Shown here in pieces: positions 30,381 through 39,102 of a stretch of DNA of 58,284 nucleotides. The translations under genes and the position numbers were made by a program. The notes beneath the pieces are model-generated. The model had not been told where the DNA came from. It searched no databases and saw only the letters and a program-made list of their open reading frames with translations. Numbering within the stretch: position 1 is the stretch's first letter; each line of letters begins with the position of its first letter. Source of the stretch: an uncultured Lentisphaeraceae bacterium (GTDB taxonomy: Bacteria > Verrucomicrobiota > Kiritimatiellia > RFP12 > UBA1067); NCBI GenBank assembly GCA_964610015.1, contig CAZSUM010000001.1:1-58284 (forward strand). The letters run 5' to 3'.

Positions 30381-31341
30381 GGACACCTTCCAAATGGTTA
30401 AACGTGCGATTGACACCCATCATCCGGCACACGGCTATCTGATCGTTGGCCCGGTACGCGGAGCGGCAATGGAGTTCGCCTTTCGTGTGCTTCAGACGCT
30501 TTTCTGCACAGCAGATGAGAAACCATGTGGCGTGTGTGACGAGTGCCGGCGGGTAACGGAACGCAAAAAACCTGACATTCAATGGATTTTTCCTGAAAAG
30601 AAATCGCGTGTGATTAGTGTGGATCAAGTGCGCGATACCTTGATTCACGAGATCACGCAGACATCCTTCGCTGGGGGATGGAAAGCAGGGGTGGTGGTGG
30701 GGGTAGACCGCATGAATGAAGCCTCTGCTAACACGTTTCTAAAAACATTGGAAGAACCACCGGAAAGAACCCTTTTCTTATTGCTTAGTGATCAGCCGCA
30801 ACATCTTTTGCCGACAATCGTATCACGTTGTCAGCGAATTGATCTGAGTTCGGCACGTGAGTTGGAAGAACCTTGGAGGGAGCGCGTACTGGAGGTTTTA
30901 GCAAGTCCGTTATGGGGGCACCCTTTTGAAAATCTTGCATTGTCAACAGCGCTCTCGAATATTTTGGGAGAGATCAAAGAAAATGCAGAGACATTGGTGA
31001 AGCAAGAAGATAGCGATCTCAGTGATAGCGTTGAAGAGTCAGATGAAATTTTTAAAGCGAGAGTTGAGGCCCGCTATCGTGAACTGCGGACTGATTTTAT
31101 GCTGACTTTGACTCGCTGGTTTCGTGATCTCATGGTTGTACAAGCTGGTGGTGATCACGCGTGCGTTTTTAATCAAACGTATCTCTCCTTGTTGATCGCT
31201 CGTGCTCAGAAAATATCACTGGCGCGGGCCTGTTACAATATTAATGCCTGTGAAGAGCTGGCCCGCCAGATGGAAAGGAGCATTCCGGATGATTCGGTTC
31301 TCGCGTACACGATGGACCGCATCAGTCATGGAGTGAAATAG
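30370..31341 (+). CDS. holB: DNA polymerase III delta' subunit
   Basis: HAYLIVGP-like HGYLIVGPVRGAA, zinc module CGVCDECRRV, SANTFLKTLEEPP, SRCQRI. GGGAGGG SD before ATG 30370. Confidence 0.85.
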   Translation: MRFEDTFQMVKRAIDTHHPAHGYLIVGPVRGAAMEFAFRVLQTLFCTADEKPCGVCDECRRVTERKKPDIQWIFPEKKSRVISVDQVRDTLIHEITQTSFAGGWKAGVVVGVDRMNEASANTFLKTLEEPPERTLFLLLSDQPQHLLPTIVSRCQRIDLSSARELEEPWRERVLEVLASPLWGHPFENLALSTALSNILGEIKENAETLVKQEDSDLSDSVEESDEIFKARVEARYRELRTDFMLTLTRWFRDLMVVQAGGDHACVFNQTYLSLLIARAQKISLARACYNINACEELARQMERSIPDDSVLAYTMDRISHGVK

Positions 31342-31348
31342 GGACGAT

Positions 31349-32263
31349 ATGCTTACGATTGCGCGTATTCGCATGCCTGAAAATAGCGAGTTTCACTGTC
31401 GCCTAGCGGACGCGATGTCCATGACACCTGGAGAAAAGTGCCTAGTTGAACTTGATTACGGTTTGGATTACGGAGTTGTCTTGGACCTCACGGCACATCA
31501 GGAAAGTGCCCCCGCAAACAGTCGGATGCCGGGCTTTCGTGTTGTGCGGCGTTTGTCTGAAGACGAGGCTTCACAAATCGCAAAAAATGCTGTTCTTGCA
31601 GAGAAAGCCATGCAGGCTTTCGCTCTTTCGGTGGCCCATGAAAAAGGGCATGTTAAGTTGTTGCACACACGCTTCTCATATGGACGAAATCGTTTGTTTA
31701 TTCGCTATTCCGCACAAGTACCCGTCGATTTGCGACGGTTTGTTGCTCAATTGCAGCGTGATTACAAGACACATGTGGATTTATGGCAAGTAGGGGTCCG
31801 CGATGAAACAGCGCTTTTAGGGTGTCTGGGGGTGTGTGGCCGTGCCGCGTGCTGTTGCACGTGGCAACATCAGTTTGATCCCGTTAATGTCACCATGGCA
31901 AAGTGCCAGGAAATGTCACTCAATCCGGTAACCCTGAACGGCACGTGTGGACGTTTAAAATGTTGTTTACGTTTTGAATATGAACAATATCGCGAAGCAG
32001 GCGCTCACTTACCATTGGTTCATACCCCTGTTATTTGCAATGGGCAGGATCCCCTTGTGACGGGAGTGGTGGTGGCACGTGATGTGTTGCGAGGCTATTT
32101 AACCGTACGAACACGCGATGGGCGTTATGTTACGGTACCGCATGATGAGGTCAGCGTTCAACAGCATCACGAAAAGCACGTTGAAGATGAGTCAAAGGAG
32201 ATACAGGAAGATGAAAATACTGGTGATGAATGGTCCGAATCTGAGTCGGCTCGGGACACGTGA
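31349..32263 (+). CDS. ricT: PSP1 domain protein (RicT/YaaT family)
   Basis: Conserved position after holB. Cys-rich PSP1 core CLGVCGRAACCCTW...CGRLKCCLRFEYEQY. Acidic C-terminal tail. Confidence 0.8.
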   Translation: MLTIARIRMPENSEFHCRLADAMSMTPGEKCLVELDYGLDYGVVLDLTAHQESAPANSRMPGFRVVRRLSEDEASQIAKNAVLAEKAMQAFALSVAHEKGHVKLLHTRFSYGRNRLFIRYSAQVPVDLRRFVAQLQRDYKTHVDLWQVGVRDETALLGCLGVCGRAACCCTWQHQFDPVNVTMAKCQEMSLNPVTLNGTCGRLKCCLRFEYEQYREAGAHLPLVHTPVICNGQDPLVTGVVVARDVLRGYLTVRTRDGRYVTVPHDEVSVQQHHEKHVEDESKEIQEDENTGDEWSESESARDT

Positions 32264-32657
32264 ACCCGGACTTTACGGACAAGAAACGCTGGAGGCAATT
32301 TTAAAGCGACTCGCCTCATATGCGCAAACATTAGGGGCGAGCTTAGAGACGTTTCAAAGCGATATAGAGGGGGAGCTCGTCACGGCGATTGGAAATGCAA
32401 GAGCGTGCTTCGACGGCATACTCATCAACCCCGCAGCCTATACGCACAGTAGTGTGGCCTTACGGGATGCCATCTCTGCTTGCGGTCTGCCTGCAATCGA
32501 GATTCACTTGACGAACACGCATAAGCGAGAAACGTTTCGGCAGCAGAGTCTGACAGTCCCCGTTTGTGTTGGCCAGATAATGGGGTTTGGCGGAGATGGG
32601 TATCTGTTGGCACTCGATGGGTTAGTGCGTTATTTGAAACGAACAAAAGGAGCATAA
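32211..32657 (+). CDS. aroQ: type II 3-dehydroquinate dehydratase
   Basis: Canonical N-terminus MKILVMNGPNLSRLGTREPGLYG, INPAAYTHSSVALRDA, IEIHLTNTHKRE. An SD-like AGGAG lies upstream. Overlaps the ricT 3' end by 53 nt. Confidence 0.9.
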   Translation: MKILVMNGPNLSRLGTREPGLYGQETLEAILKRLASYAQTLGASLETFQSDIEGELVTAIGNARACFDGILINPAAYTHSSVALRDAISACGLPAIEIHLTNTHKRETFRQQSLTVPVCVGQIMGFGGDGYLLALDGLVRYLKRTKGA

Positions 32658-32660
32658 GAA

Positions 32661-33587
32661 ATGGCGACTCGTAAACAAAGTTCTGTTCGCTTGTGGATTG
32701 TTGGTTCTATTGGTATTGATGATATTAAAACACGTCACGTAGATCGTAAAGGGTTACTGGGAGGCTCTTTGCCATTCACTACAGCCGCAGCTTCATTTTT
32801 CACAAAGACAGGTGCAGTAGGGGTTGTGGGTAGTGATTTTCCTCGTCGATTTATCAAACGGTGGTCAGATTTTGGGGTTGATTTGAGTGGCGTCCAACAC
32901 GTATCGGGTGAGACTTTTCGTTGGGCCTGTGTTTACGATGAGGACATGATTGAACGGACAACGTTAAAGACTGAGCTCGGTGTGTTTGGTAACTTCCAAC
33001 CCAAACTACCCAGTACCTATGTTCAAGCTCCGTTTGTTCTACTTGGCAATATTCAGCCAGAACTTCAGCTCCATGTCCTTGATCAAGCCAAAGGCGCACG
33101 TTTTGTCGCACTTGACACGATTAGTCTCTGGATTGAAGTCGCACGCCCTGCATTGATACGTGTGATTAAACGGGTAAACCTTTTAACCCTTAACGATAGC
33201 GAGTCTCGTCAATTAACGGGAAAATGGCAACTTCTTGATTGTGCCAAGGCGCTTTTACGAATGGGTCCCGAGTATGTCGTTATTAAGAAGGGTGAACACG
33301 GCGCCTTGCTTTTTTCAAAGAAGGGTGTTTCCATCATTCCAGCTTACCCCGTCGAGAAACTGGTTGATCCGACTGGAGCGGGTGACTCCTATGCAGGGAC
33401 TTGCATGGGATATCTCGCACGCGCCGGCCGTGTGAATGATCGCTTATTACGTCAAGCGTTGACTTATGCCAGTGCCATGGCTTCGATTGGTGTAGAAGGC
33501 TTTAGTTTATCGCGTTTTGAAAAACTCGATCTTGCAAAAATTGAAACCCGTGTTGCCGCGTTACGTTGTATGGCGGATCTCGGGTAA
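32661..33587 (+). CDS. PfkB-family carbohydrate/nucleoside kinase
   Basis: C-terminal DPTGAGDSYAG motif, GG dipeptide region near the N-terminus, 308 aa. Confidence 0.8.
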   Translation: MATRKQSSVRLWIVGSIGIDDIKTRHVDRKGLLGGSLPFTTAAASFFTKTGAVGVVGSDFPRRFIKRWSDFGVDLSGVQHVSGETFRWACVYDEDMIERTTLKTELGVFGNFQPKLPSTYVQAPFVLLGNIQPELQLHVLDQAKGARFVALDTISLWIEVARPALIRVIKRVNLLTLNDSESRQLTGKWQLLDCAKALLRMGPEYVVIKKGEHGALLFSKKGVSIIPAYPVEKLVDPTGAGDSYAGTCMGYLARAGRVNDRLLRQALTYASAMASIGVEGFSLSRFEKLDLAKIETRVAALRCMADLG

Positions 33588-33627
33588 CCCCTCGTAGTTG
33601 ACATAACATATATTATGCGACGTAAAT

Positions 33628-33654
33628 AGGAGTGTCAAAACTCCTGTTTTTTTT
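33628..33654 (+). terminator. Rho-independent terminator (AGGAGT-loop-ACTCCT + T8)
   Basis: Stem 33628-33633 / 33640-33645, loop GTCAAA, followed by GTTTTTTTT. It lies between convergent genes. Confidence 0.6.
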
Positions 33655-33667
33655 GCTATTAACGCCG

Positions 33668-34786
33668 TTATACCAATGGGTTAAGACTCACTGAACAGCA
33701 TTTTTGTGCAGACTCATAAATTGCACAGATGACCTGTACGGCACGTAATGCTGACGCGCCATCTATTTGAAAACCTTGCCCTGTTTCCAATGACAAAATA
33801 AAATCCTGTAGACAGGCCGCATGCAGCGCATGGGTCATCGCACCTGGATTTGCGGCCCCGATCGCTAGCTGAGAATTTTTATCCAGACCCAGCTGAAACA
33901 CCTCTTGATCCTCTGGCAACGGGTCACGAAAAGAAAAGGTTGTCAGCCTATCATCTGTCAGGACCGCACTTCCTGATGTTCCTGAAATCTCCAAGCGCTT
34001 CGGTTTTCCAGGCCAAGATGCTGTTGAACCATAGATGACCCCTACGGCACCACCCTGAAATTGAATCACCGCAGCTGCGGTATCCTCCGTTTCAATGTAG
34101 GGATGCCCAATGGTCGATGTGCAGGCACAAACTGATTTAACAGGCGGCATCAGAGTACACAACAAATCAATCATATGGATGGCTTGATTCATCAGTGCAC
34201 CCCCACCATCCAACTCTCTTGTGCCATGCCATGATGAATCTTGGTAATAAGCCGGTTCTCGCCACCATGGCACATAAGCGCCAGCATAGGTTACTGTGCC
34301 AAAACGACCCATCTCGAGCGCTTTTTGAAGTGTCTTGATTTCTGGTGTATATCGCGTCTGAAAAATGCACCCCAACTGTGTGCCGGCCTGTTCATGCGCA
34401 CTTATCATGGCATTGACACGTTCGGGGGTTATTTCCAATGGTTTTTCGCAGAGCACATGTTTGCCAGCTGCTGCCGCCAAAACGGCAATTTCCTGATGTG
34501 TTCCTGAGGGCGTCGCAATCATTACCACGTCCACCTCCGGCCTCTTTAAAATGTCATCCAAACACACCGATGCATCACAAGAGAATTCTTTGGCGAGCCT
34601 CCGAGTTTTTTGCAGATCCCGACCACAGAAAGCCACCAAACGAGTTGCAGGCACATTAAGAACAGCCTGTGCGTGAAAACGGGCGATCAATCCTGTTCCG
34701 ACAATGGCTATCCCCCACTTATTGTGAAGGCCTCTGCTTTTATGCAAATTTGGTAAAGGCTCATGACTCATGATGCGACTTACCAT
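33668..34786 (-). CDS. Gfo/Idh/MocA-family NAD(P)-dependent oxidoreductase
   Basis: Rossmann motif IAIVGTGLIARFHAQA, EKPL motif (VLCEKPLE), C-terminal alpha/beta domain. ATG 34786 has an AAGGGG SD; GTG 34810 is an alternative start. Confidence 0.85.
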   Translation of the reverse strand: MVSRIMSHEPLPNLHKSRGLHNKWGIAIVGTGLIARFHAQAVLNVPATRLVAFCGRDLQKTRRLAKEFSCDASVCLDDILKRPEVDVVMIATPSGTHQEIAVLAAAAGKHVLCEKPLEITPERVNAMISAHEQAGTQLGCIFQTRYTPEIKTLQKALEMGRFGTVTYAGAYVPWWREPAYYQDSSWHGTRELDGGGALMNQAIHMIDLLCTLMPPVKSVCACTSTIGHPYIETEDTAAAVIQFQGGAVGVIYGSTASWPGKPKRLEISGTSGSAVLTDDRLTTFSFRDPLPEDQEVFQLGLDKNSQLAIGAANPGAMTHALHAACLQDFILSLETGQGFQIDGASALRAVQVICAIYESAQKCCSVSLNPLV

Positions 34787-34935
34787 ATCAAACCCCTTCT
34801 TTGATGGCACGGTCCAAATTTGCCGAGCGTTTTGTCCCTACAATGCGCCTAGCTGTCAGCAAGGTTATCTCCCATTTAGGTCATCCTGATTTTTTTAAAC
34901 CATCCCTTAATCTAATGCGGGCAGAGTCCGCAACT

Positions 34936-34968
34936 CTCACACCAGCCCTCTCCCAGAGGGCGAGGGAG
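34936..34968. repeat. REP-like GC-rich palindromic element (CCCTCT-CCC-AGAGGG / CTCCC...GGGAG)
   Basis: CTCACACCAGCCCTCTCCCAGAGGGCGAGGGAG read in the 277-bp intergenic region. Arms at 34946-34951 / 34955-34960 and 34950-34954 / 34964-34968. Confidence 0.4.
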
Positions 34969-35003
34969 ATAGCAACAACGTATTGTTTATCGCTATTCAT
35001 CGG

Positions 35004-35063
35004 ACGTAAGGCACTAATGATCCGTACGTAAGGTTGCGATGCGATATGCCATTACGTTATACT
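35004..35063 (+). promoter_or_regulatory. candidate moxR promoter (-35 TTGCGA, 18 nt, -10 TATACT) preceded by direct repeat ACGTAAGG-N14-ACGTAAGG
   Basis: Repeats at 35004-35011 and 35026-35033, 22 bp apart. -35 at 35034-35039 and -10 at 35058-35063. AGGAG SD, then ATG 35088. Confidence 0.3.
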
Positions 35064-35087
35064 GCTACTAAGTTTAGGAGAGAAACA

Positions 35088-36083
35088 ATGTTACAAGCCG
35101 TAAAAGAGATTGCTGAAACACATCAGGCGATCAAGTCTGAATTAACAAAAGTGATTATTGGTCAGGAGCGGGTGATCGAACAAGTGCTTATTGCCATCCT
35201 CGCGCGAGGGCACTGTCTTTTACTCGGTGTGCCGGGACTGGCTAAGACACTCTTAGTCCAAAGTCTCGGGCTGGTGCTAGATCTCTCATTTAACCGGGTG
35301 CAGTTTACGCCAGATTTGATGCCATCTGATATCACCGGCACTGAAATCTTGGATGAGGAAGTCGGCTCGACCAGACGCTCCTTACGTTTTGTTAAAGGTC
35401 CCGTTTTTACAAACCTGCTTCTGGCAGATGAGATCAACCGCACCCCCCCAAAAACACAGGCCGCGCTATTGGAGGCCATGCAGGAAAACGCTGTGACAAC
35501 CAGTGGTAAAACAATTCCCATTCCTCAACCATTTTTTGTTCTAGCTACGCAGAATCCGATTGAACAGGAAGGCACCTACCCCCTTCCTGAAGCGCAGTTG
35601 GATCGATTCATGTTTCTCGTGCGCATCAACTATCCGAATCGAAACGATGAAGTCGAGATTCTGCGACAAACCACCATCAATCGCACCGTACCGTTGACCA
35701 GAATGGTAAACGACCAGAAACTGCTGGCACTGCAACGCATGGTTCGGGATATTCCTGTGAGTGAGCATGTCTTATCCTACTGCATTGATTTGGTTCGCCT
35801 ATCACGACCGGAGGTTTCAGAAGCCCCGGAATTTATCAAAGCTAATCTCAGTTATGGGGCAGGCATACGTGCAGGCCAATTTCTGATCCTTGCCGCCAAA
35901 GCGACCGCTGCACTACAAGGTCGAATTAATGTAAGTTGTGCTGATGTACGTCGCAACGCGCATGCGGTTCTCGAACATCGTATTGCTTGTAATTTTCACG
36001 CCACAGGTGAGGGGGTTGACGCGCGCCAAATTATTGATCGTCTCGTAGCCCATGTCCCCGAGCCAGATAGTGAAGCAATTTGA
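35088..36083 (+). CDS. MoxR-family AAA+ ATPase
   Basis: GVPGLAKT Walker A, LLADEINRTPPKTQAALLEAMQE Walker B/AAA_3, ATQNPIEQEGTYPLPEAQLDRF. Confidence 0.92.
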   Translation: MLQAVKEIAETHQAIKSELTKVIIGQERVIEQVLIAILARGHCLLLGVPGLAKTLLVQSLGLVLDLSFNRVQFTPDLMPSDITGTEILDEEVGSTRRSLRFVKGPVFTNLLLADEINRTPPKTQAALLEAMQENAVTTSGKTIPIPQPFFVLATQNPIEQEGTYPLPEAQLDRFMFLVRINYPNRNDEVEILRQTTINRTVPLTRMVNDQKLLALQRMVRDIPVSEHVLSYCIDLVRLSRPEVSEAPEFIKANLSYGAGIRAGQFLILAAKATAALQGRINVSCADVRRNAHAVLEHRIACNFHATGEGVDARQIIDRLVAHVPEPDSEAI

Positions 36084-36107
36084 GCGTAGCAAAAAAAGGA
36101 TCGTGCG

Positions 36108-37043
36108 ATGATAAGCGGGTTGAGTAATCAAAATGGGGCAGCACAAAAACGAATCGCCCCCCCTACCCTGCTGACGCCCCAAACGTTGGATACGCTGAAA
36201 AATATTGAATGGATCGCACGCGCCATGGTTGAAGGGAGTCTGACAGGGCTACATCGGTCACCTTACCATGGTTTTTCATCTGAGTTTTCAGAGTATCGTA
36301 AATATTGCCCCGGAGATGCCGTCAAGTTTGTGGATTGGGTGGCGTATGCCAGAAGCGACCGCTATTATGTTAAACAGTTTGAAGACGAAACCAATACGCG
36401 TGCTTACATCGTACTGGATCACTCGGGCTCTATGGCCCTCGGCCAAAAGGCACCACATAAATTTCACTATGCCTGTTATCTGGCCGCAGCGTTTATCTAT
36501 CTGATGCATCGGCAGAAAGATGCTGTTGGTTTGTACACCTACAACGATCAGATAACCGCACATCTGCCCGCAAAATGTTCACGCATGCACTTGCTACACC
36601 TGTTTTCTGAAATTTGTCAATTAAAGGCTGCGGGTCGTTCCGATGCGACACCCTGCTTTGAGCGAATTGCAGATTCTGTTCATCGTCGCTCAATCATTAT
36701 GGTGTTTTCTGATTTTTTTGACCCTAAGCCTGATTTTATTCGCACATTGCAACATTTTCAACATAAGCGTTGCGAGGTGCTCCTGTTTCAGATACTCGAC
36801 CCTTTGGAAACAACCTTTCCGTTTCAGGGTCTTATTGAGTTTAAGGACTTAGAAACCAATGAAGCGCTTGAAGTGGAAAGCGAATTGTGCCGCGAGGACT
36901 ACCTCAATGATTTAAATACGTATACGCAAAGAATGAAACGCATTTGTGGCCGAATGCAAATGAATTTTGAAACCATGAATACAGGTGCGCCCTTTACCCT
37001 CGCTTTACTGGCTTACTTTCATAAACGGGAGCGCATGTTTTGA
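36108..37043 (+). CDS. DUF58 (vWA-like) protein, MoxR partner
   Basis: GFSSEFSEYRKYCPGD and IVLDHSGSM motifs typical of DUF58. Immediately downstream of moxR. Confidence 0.85.
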   Translation: MISGLSNQNGAAQKRIAPPTLLTPQTLDTLKNIEWIARAMVEGSLTGLHRSPYHGFSSEFSEYRKYCPGDAVKFVDWVAYARSDRYYVKQFEDETNTRAYIVLDHSGSMALGQKAPHKFHYACYLAAAFIYLMHRQKDAVGLYTYNDQITAHLPAKCSRMHLLHLFSEICQLKAAGRSDATPCFERIADSVHRRSIIMVFSDFFDPKPDFIRTLQHFQHKRCEVLLFQILDPLETTFPFQGLIEFKDLETNEALEVESELCREDYLNDLNTYTQRMKRICGRMQMNFETMNTGAPFTLALLAYFHKRERMF

Positions 37044-39091
37044 TTAGCTTTGGATATCCAGATTGGTTATGGACCTTATTTGCCGTACCCGTGCCCCTCT
37101 TGATCCATCTCTTCTTCAAGCGCCGCAAAGCACGTGTGCCTTTTTCCACACTACACTTCTTTCAGATTCGTCAACGCCAACTTGCGTATCGGCGTCATCT
37201 GCGAGAGTGGCTGTTGCTTTTCATTAGGAGTCTAATTTTACTCTGCTTGGCAATTGCTTTAGCGAAGCCGTTGCTCCGGCATCCTGCGGTCTCCCTTGCC
37301 CCTCGTACCGACAGTGTTCTTGTCCTAGATGACACCCTTTCAATGGATCGTAAACTTGCCTCTGGATCCTCTGCATTCACATTCGCCATACAAAAAGCGG
37401 AAGAAATTCTTGATACGCTTTCTGATCATGATCGGGCAAGTGTGTTATTTCTCTCAGGCCGCCCAGGCATCGAATTGACACGCAAACATCAAGAGGTTCG
37501 CAACCTGCTACAACATGCCCGTGTGACAGGGTGTAGTGGAAGCTATCAGTCAGTTCTAGAACAAGCGATCGCATTGCTTGAAACAGAATCAGCGCCCAAT
37601 CGCGAAATTTATCTGCTTTCTGACTTTCAAGTTATGCCCAAGCAAACTCGTGCGGCCTTACTTGATGTGCCTAAAAATATTCGCTTCTATTTTTTATTGT
37701 TCCAAGGGGCAGCAGATAACCTCTCGATTAATCAAGGTTCCTTTTCAACAAAACCCCAAATGACGCAACAGCGCATGCGTATTCCTTACGATGTGATCAA
37801 TCATGGTGTGACTGATTCGGAAACCGAGGTCCGTCTAGTCATTCATGATTCGCTTGTTCAGAGTGACCATCTCCGTTTACCTGCAAAGGAGCGGGTTCAA
37901 GGTTTTTTTGATTATATTCCAGCACAGGGCGGCGTGTTGAACGGGTATATCGAGATTCTTGATTCTTCCCTTGCTTTGGACAATCGCGTCTATTTTACAC
38001 AGACGGTTCACGAGAAAATTCGAGTTCTGTTGCTTGAGAGTGATCCACTAAGTCAAATCAACCCCTTTCACTTTCTCAAGGTGGCCGTCGATCCTTTTCA
38101 GGATGCCGCCGTGAATGGCATTCAGACCGAAGAGTCCTTTTCACAGAGTCTGACTGACAACATGCTTGTTCCTTATCATGTGGCACTGCTTGCAAACCCA
38201 GATCCAATCCCCCCCCTTTTGGCAATCCATTTGTTGCGTTATCTGGAGCAGGGTGGCAGCGTCATTTTATTTGCTGGAAACCGCGTAAGTTCAGCAACAT
38301 TTTGTGCCTTTTCCGATCAGCTGATTCCCCCACTCTTTGGCTCTCTCAAGAGTGAACCCCTTACAGGATTGACCTTTCACGGCGCTTTGGCCTCACTGAA
38401 TGATCTACTCCAACTGAACCTTATCGCTTGGCAACGGGTGTACGAGCTGACACCGCCCAAACAAGCGCTCGTGTTGGCTGAGACAGCTGGAAAGCCACTT
38501 ATCGTGGAATTGCCCGTCGGCAAAGGGCGTTTAATTGTCTGCGCCTTCTCAATTCGACGTGATTCCGGAAACTGGCCGGAACTCAAATCTTTTCCTGTCA
38601 GTTTAATCCACCTACTAACGTATGCGGCGCATCAGACACAGCAGGATAATACCGGGGTGTGTGGTCACCCGATCTTCTTGCATACGATTGATCCAAATTG
38701 TACACAGCTGACACTCCTCATGCCCGGGGACACGTCGTTAAAACTCGCTTGTCGGAAAGGAAAGGCCTTCTTGGAAGAGACGTGGTATCCGGGTATTCTA
38801 ACAACCGAGCAGGCCTCACCTCGTACCTTGGTTTCTAATCCTGTTGCACAAGAGAGTGACCTCACAGCTATGGATCAATCAACAGCACAAAAATTACTGG
38901 GTATACATCCCTTGATGCTTAGAACCGATGCTGCCATTGCTCAGCAAATACAGGATGCGCGTCAAGGAACTGATCTGTCTGGGTTTTTTATCGCCACCAT
39001 TCTTTTGCTACTCTTAGGTGAACTGTGCCTCACGACATTTCGTCTTTCGCGCATGCTCATTCCAAAGCGGTTGGCCTCATCATCGCTTTAA
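37040..39091 (+). CDS. BatA-type membrane protein (N-terminal double-TM aerotolerance-regulator domain, large periplasmic/cytoplasmic body, C-terminal TM)
   Basis: N-terminus MISFGYPDWLWTLFAVPVPLLIHLFFKRRKARVPFSTLHFF matches the BatA_N pattern. vWA-like VLVLDDTLSM. C-terminal TM FFIATILLLLLGELCL. The TTG start overlaps the DUF58 stop (TTGA). Confidence 0.75.
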   Translation: MISFGYPDWLWTLFAVPVPLLIHLFFKRRKARVPFSTLHFFQIRQRQLAYRRHLREWLLLFIRSLILLCLAIALAKPLLRHPAVSLAPRTDSVLVLDDTLSMDRKLASGSSAFTFAIQKAEEILDTLSDHDRASVLFLSGRPGIELTRKHQEVRNLLQHARVTGCSGSYQSVLEQAIALLETESAPNREIYLLSDFQVMPKQTRAALLDVPKNIRFYFLLFQGAADNLSINQGSFSTKPQMTQQRMRIPYDVINHGVTDSETEVRLVIHDSLVQSDHLRLPAKERVQGFFDYIPAQGGVLNGYIEILDSSLALDNRVYFTQTVHEKIRVLLLESDPLSQINPFHFLKVAVDPFQDAAVNGIQTEESFSQSLTDNMLVPYHVALLANPDPIPPLLAIHLLRYLEQGGSVILFAGNRVSSATFCAFSDQLIPPLFGSLKSEPLTGLTFHGALASLNDLLQLNLIAWQRVYELTPPKQALVLAETAGKPLIVELPVGKGRLIVCAFSIRRDSGNWPELKSFPVSLIHLLTYAAHQTQQDNTGVCGHPIFLHTIDPNCTQLTLLMPGDTSLKLACRKGKAFLEETWYPGILTTEQASPRTLVSNPVAQESDLTAMDQSTAQKLLGIHPLMLRTDAAIAQQIQDARQGTDLSGFFIATILLLLLGELCLTTFRLSRMLIPKRLASSSL

Positions 39092-39102
39092 AGAAAAACA
39101 GA

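Noticed and set aside
34801-35031. 76-aa ORF in the Gfo/Idh/MocA-moxR intergenic region
   Set aside because: Its only distinctive segment (TLTPALSQRAREI) is the translation of the REP-like palindrome. It has no SD and it overlaps the divergent gene's start region.
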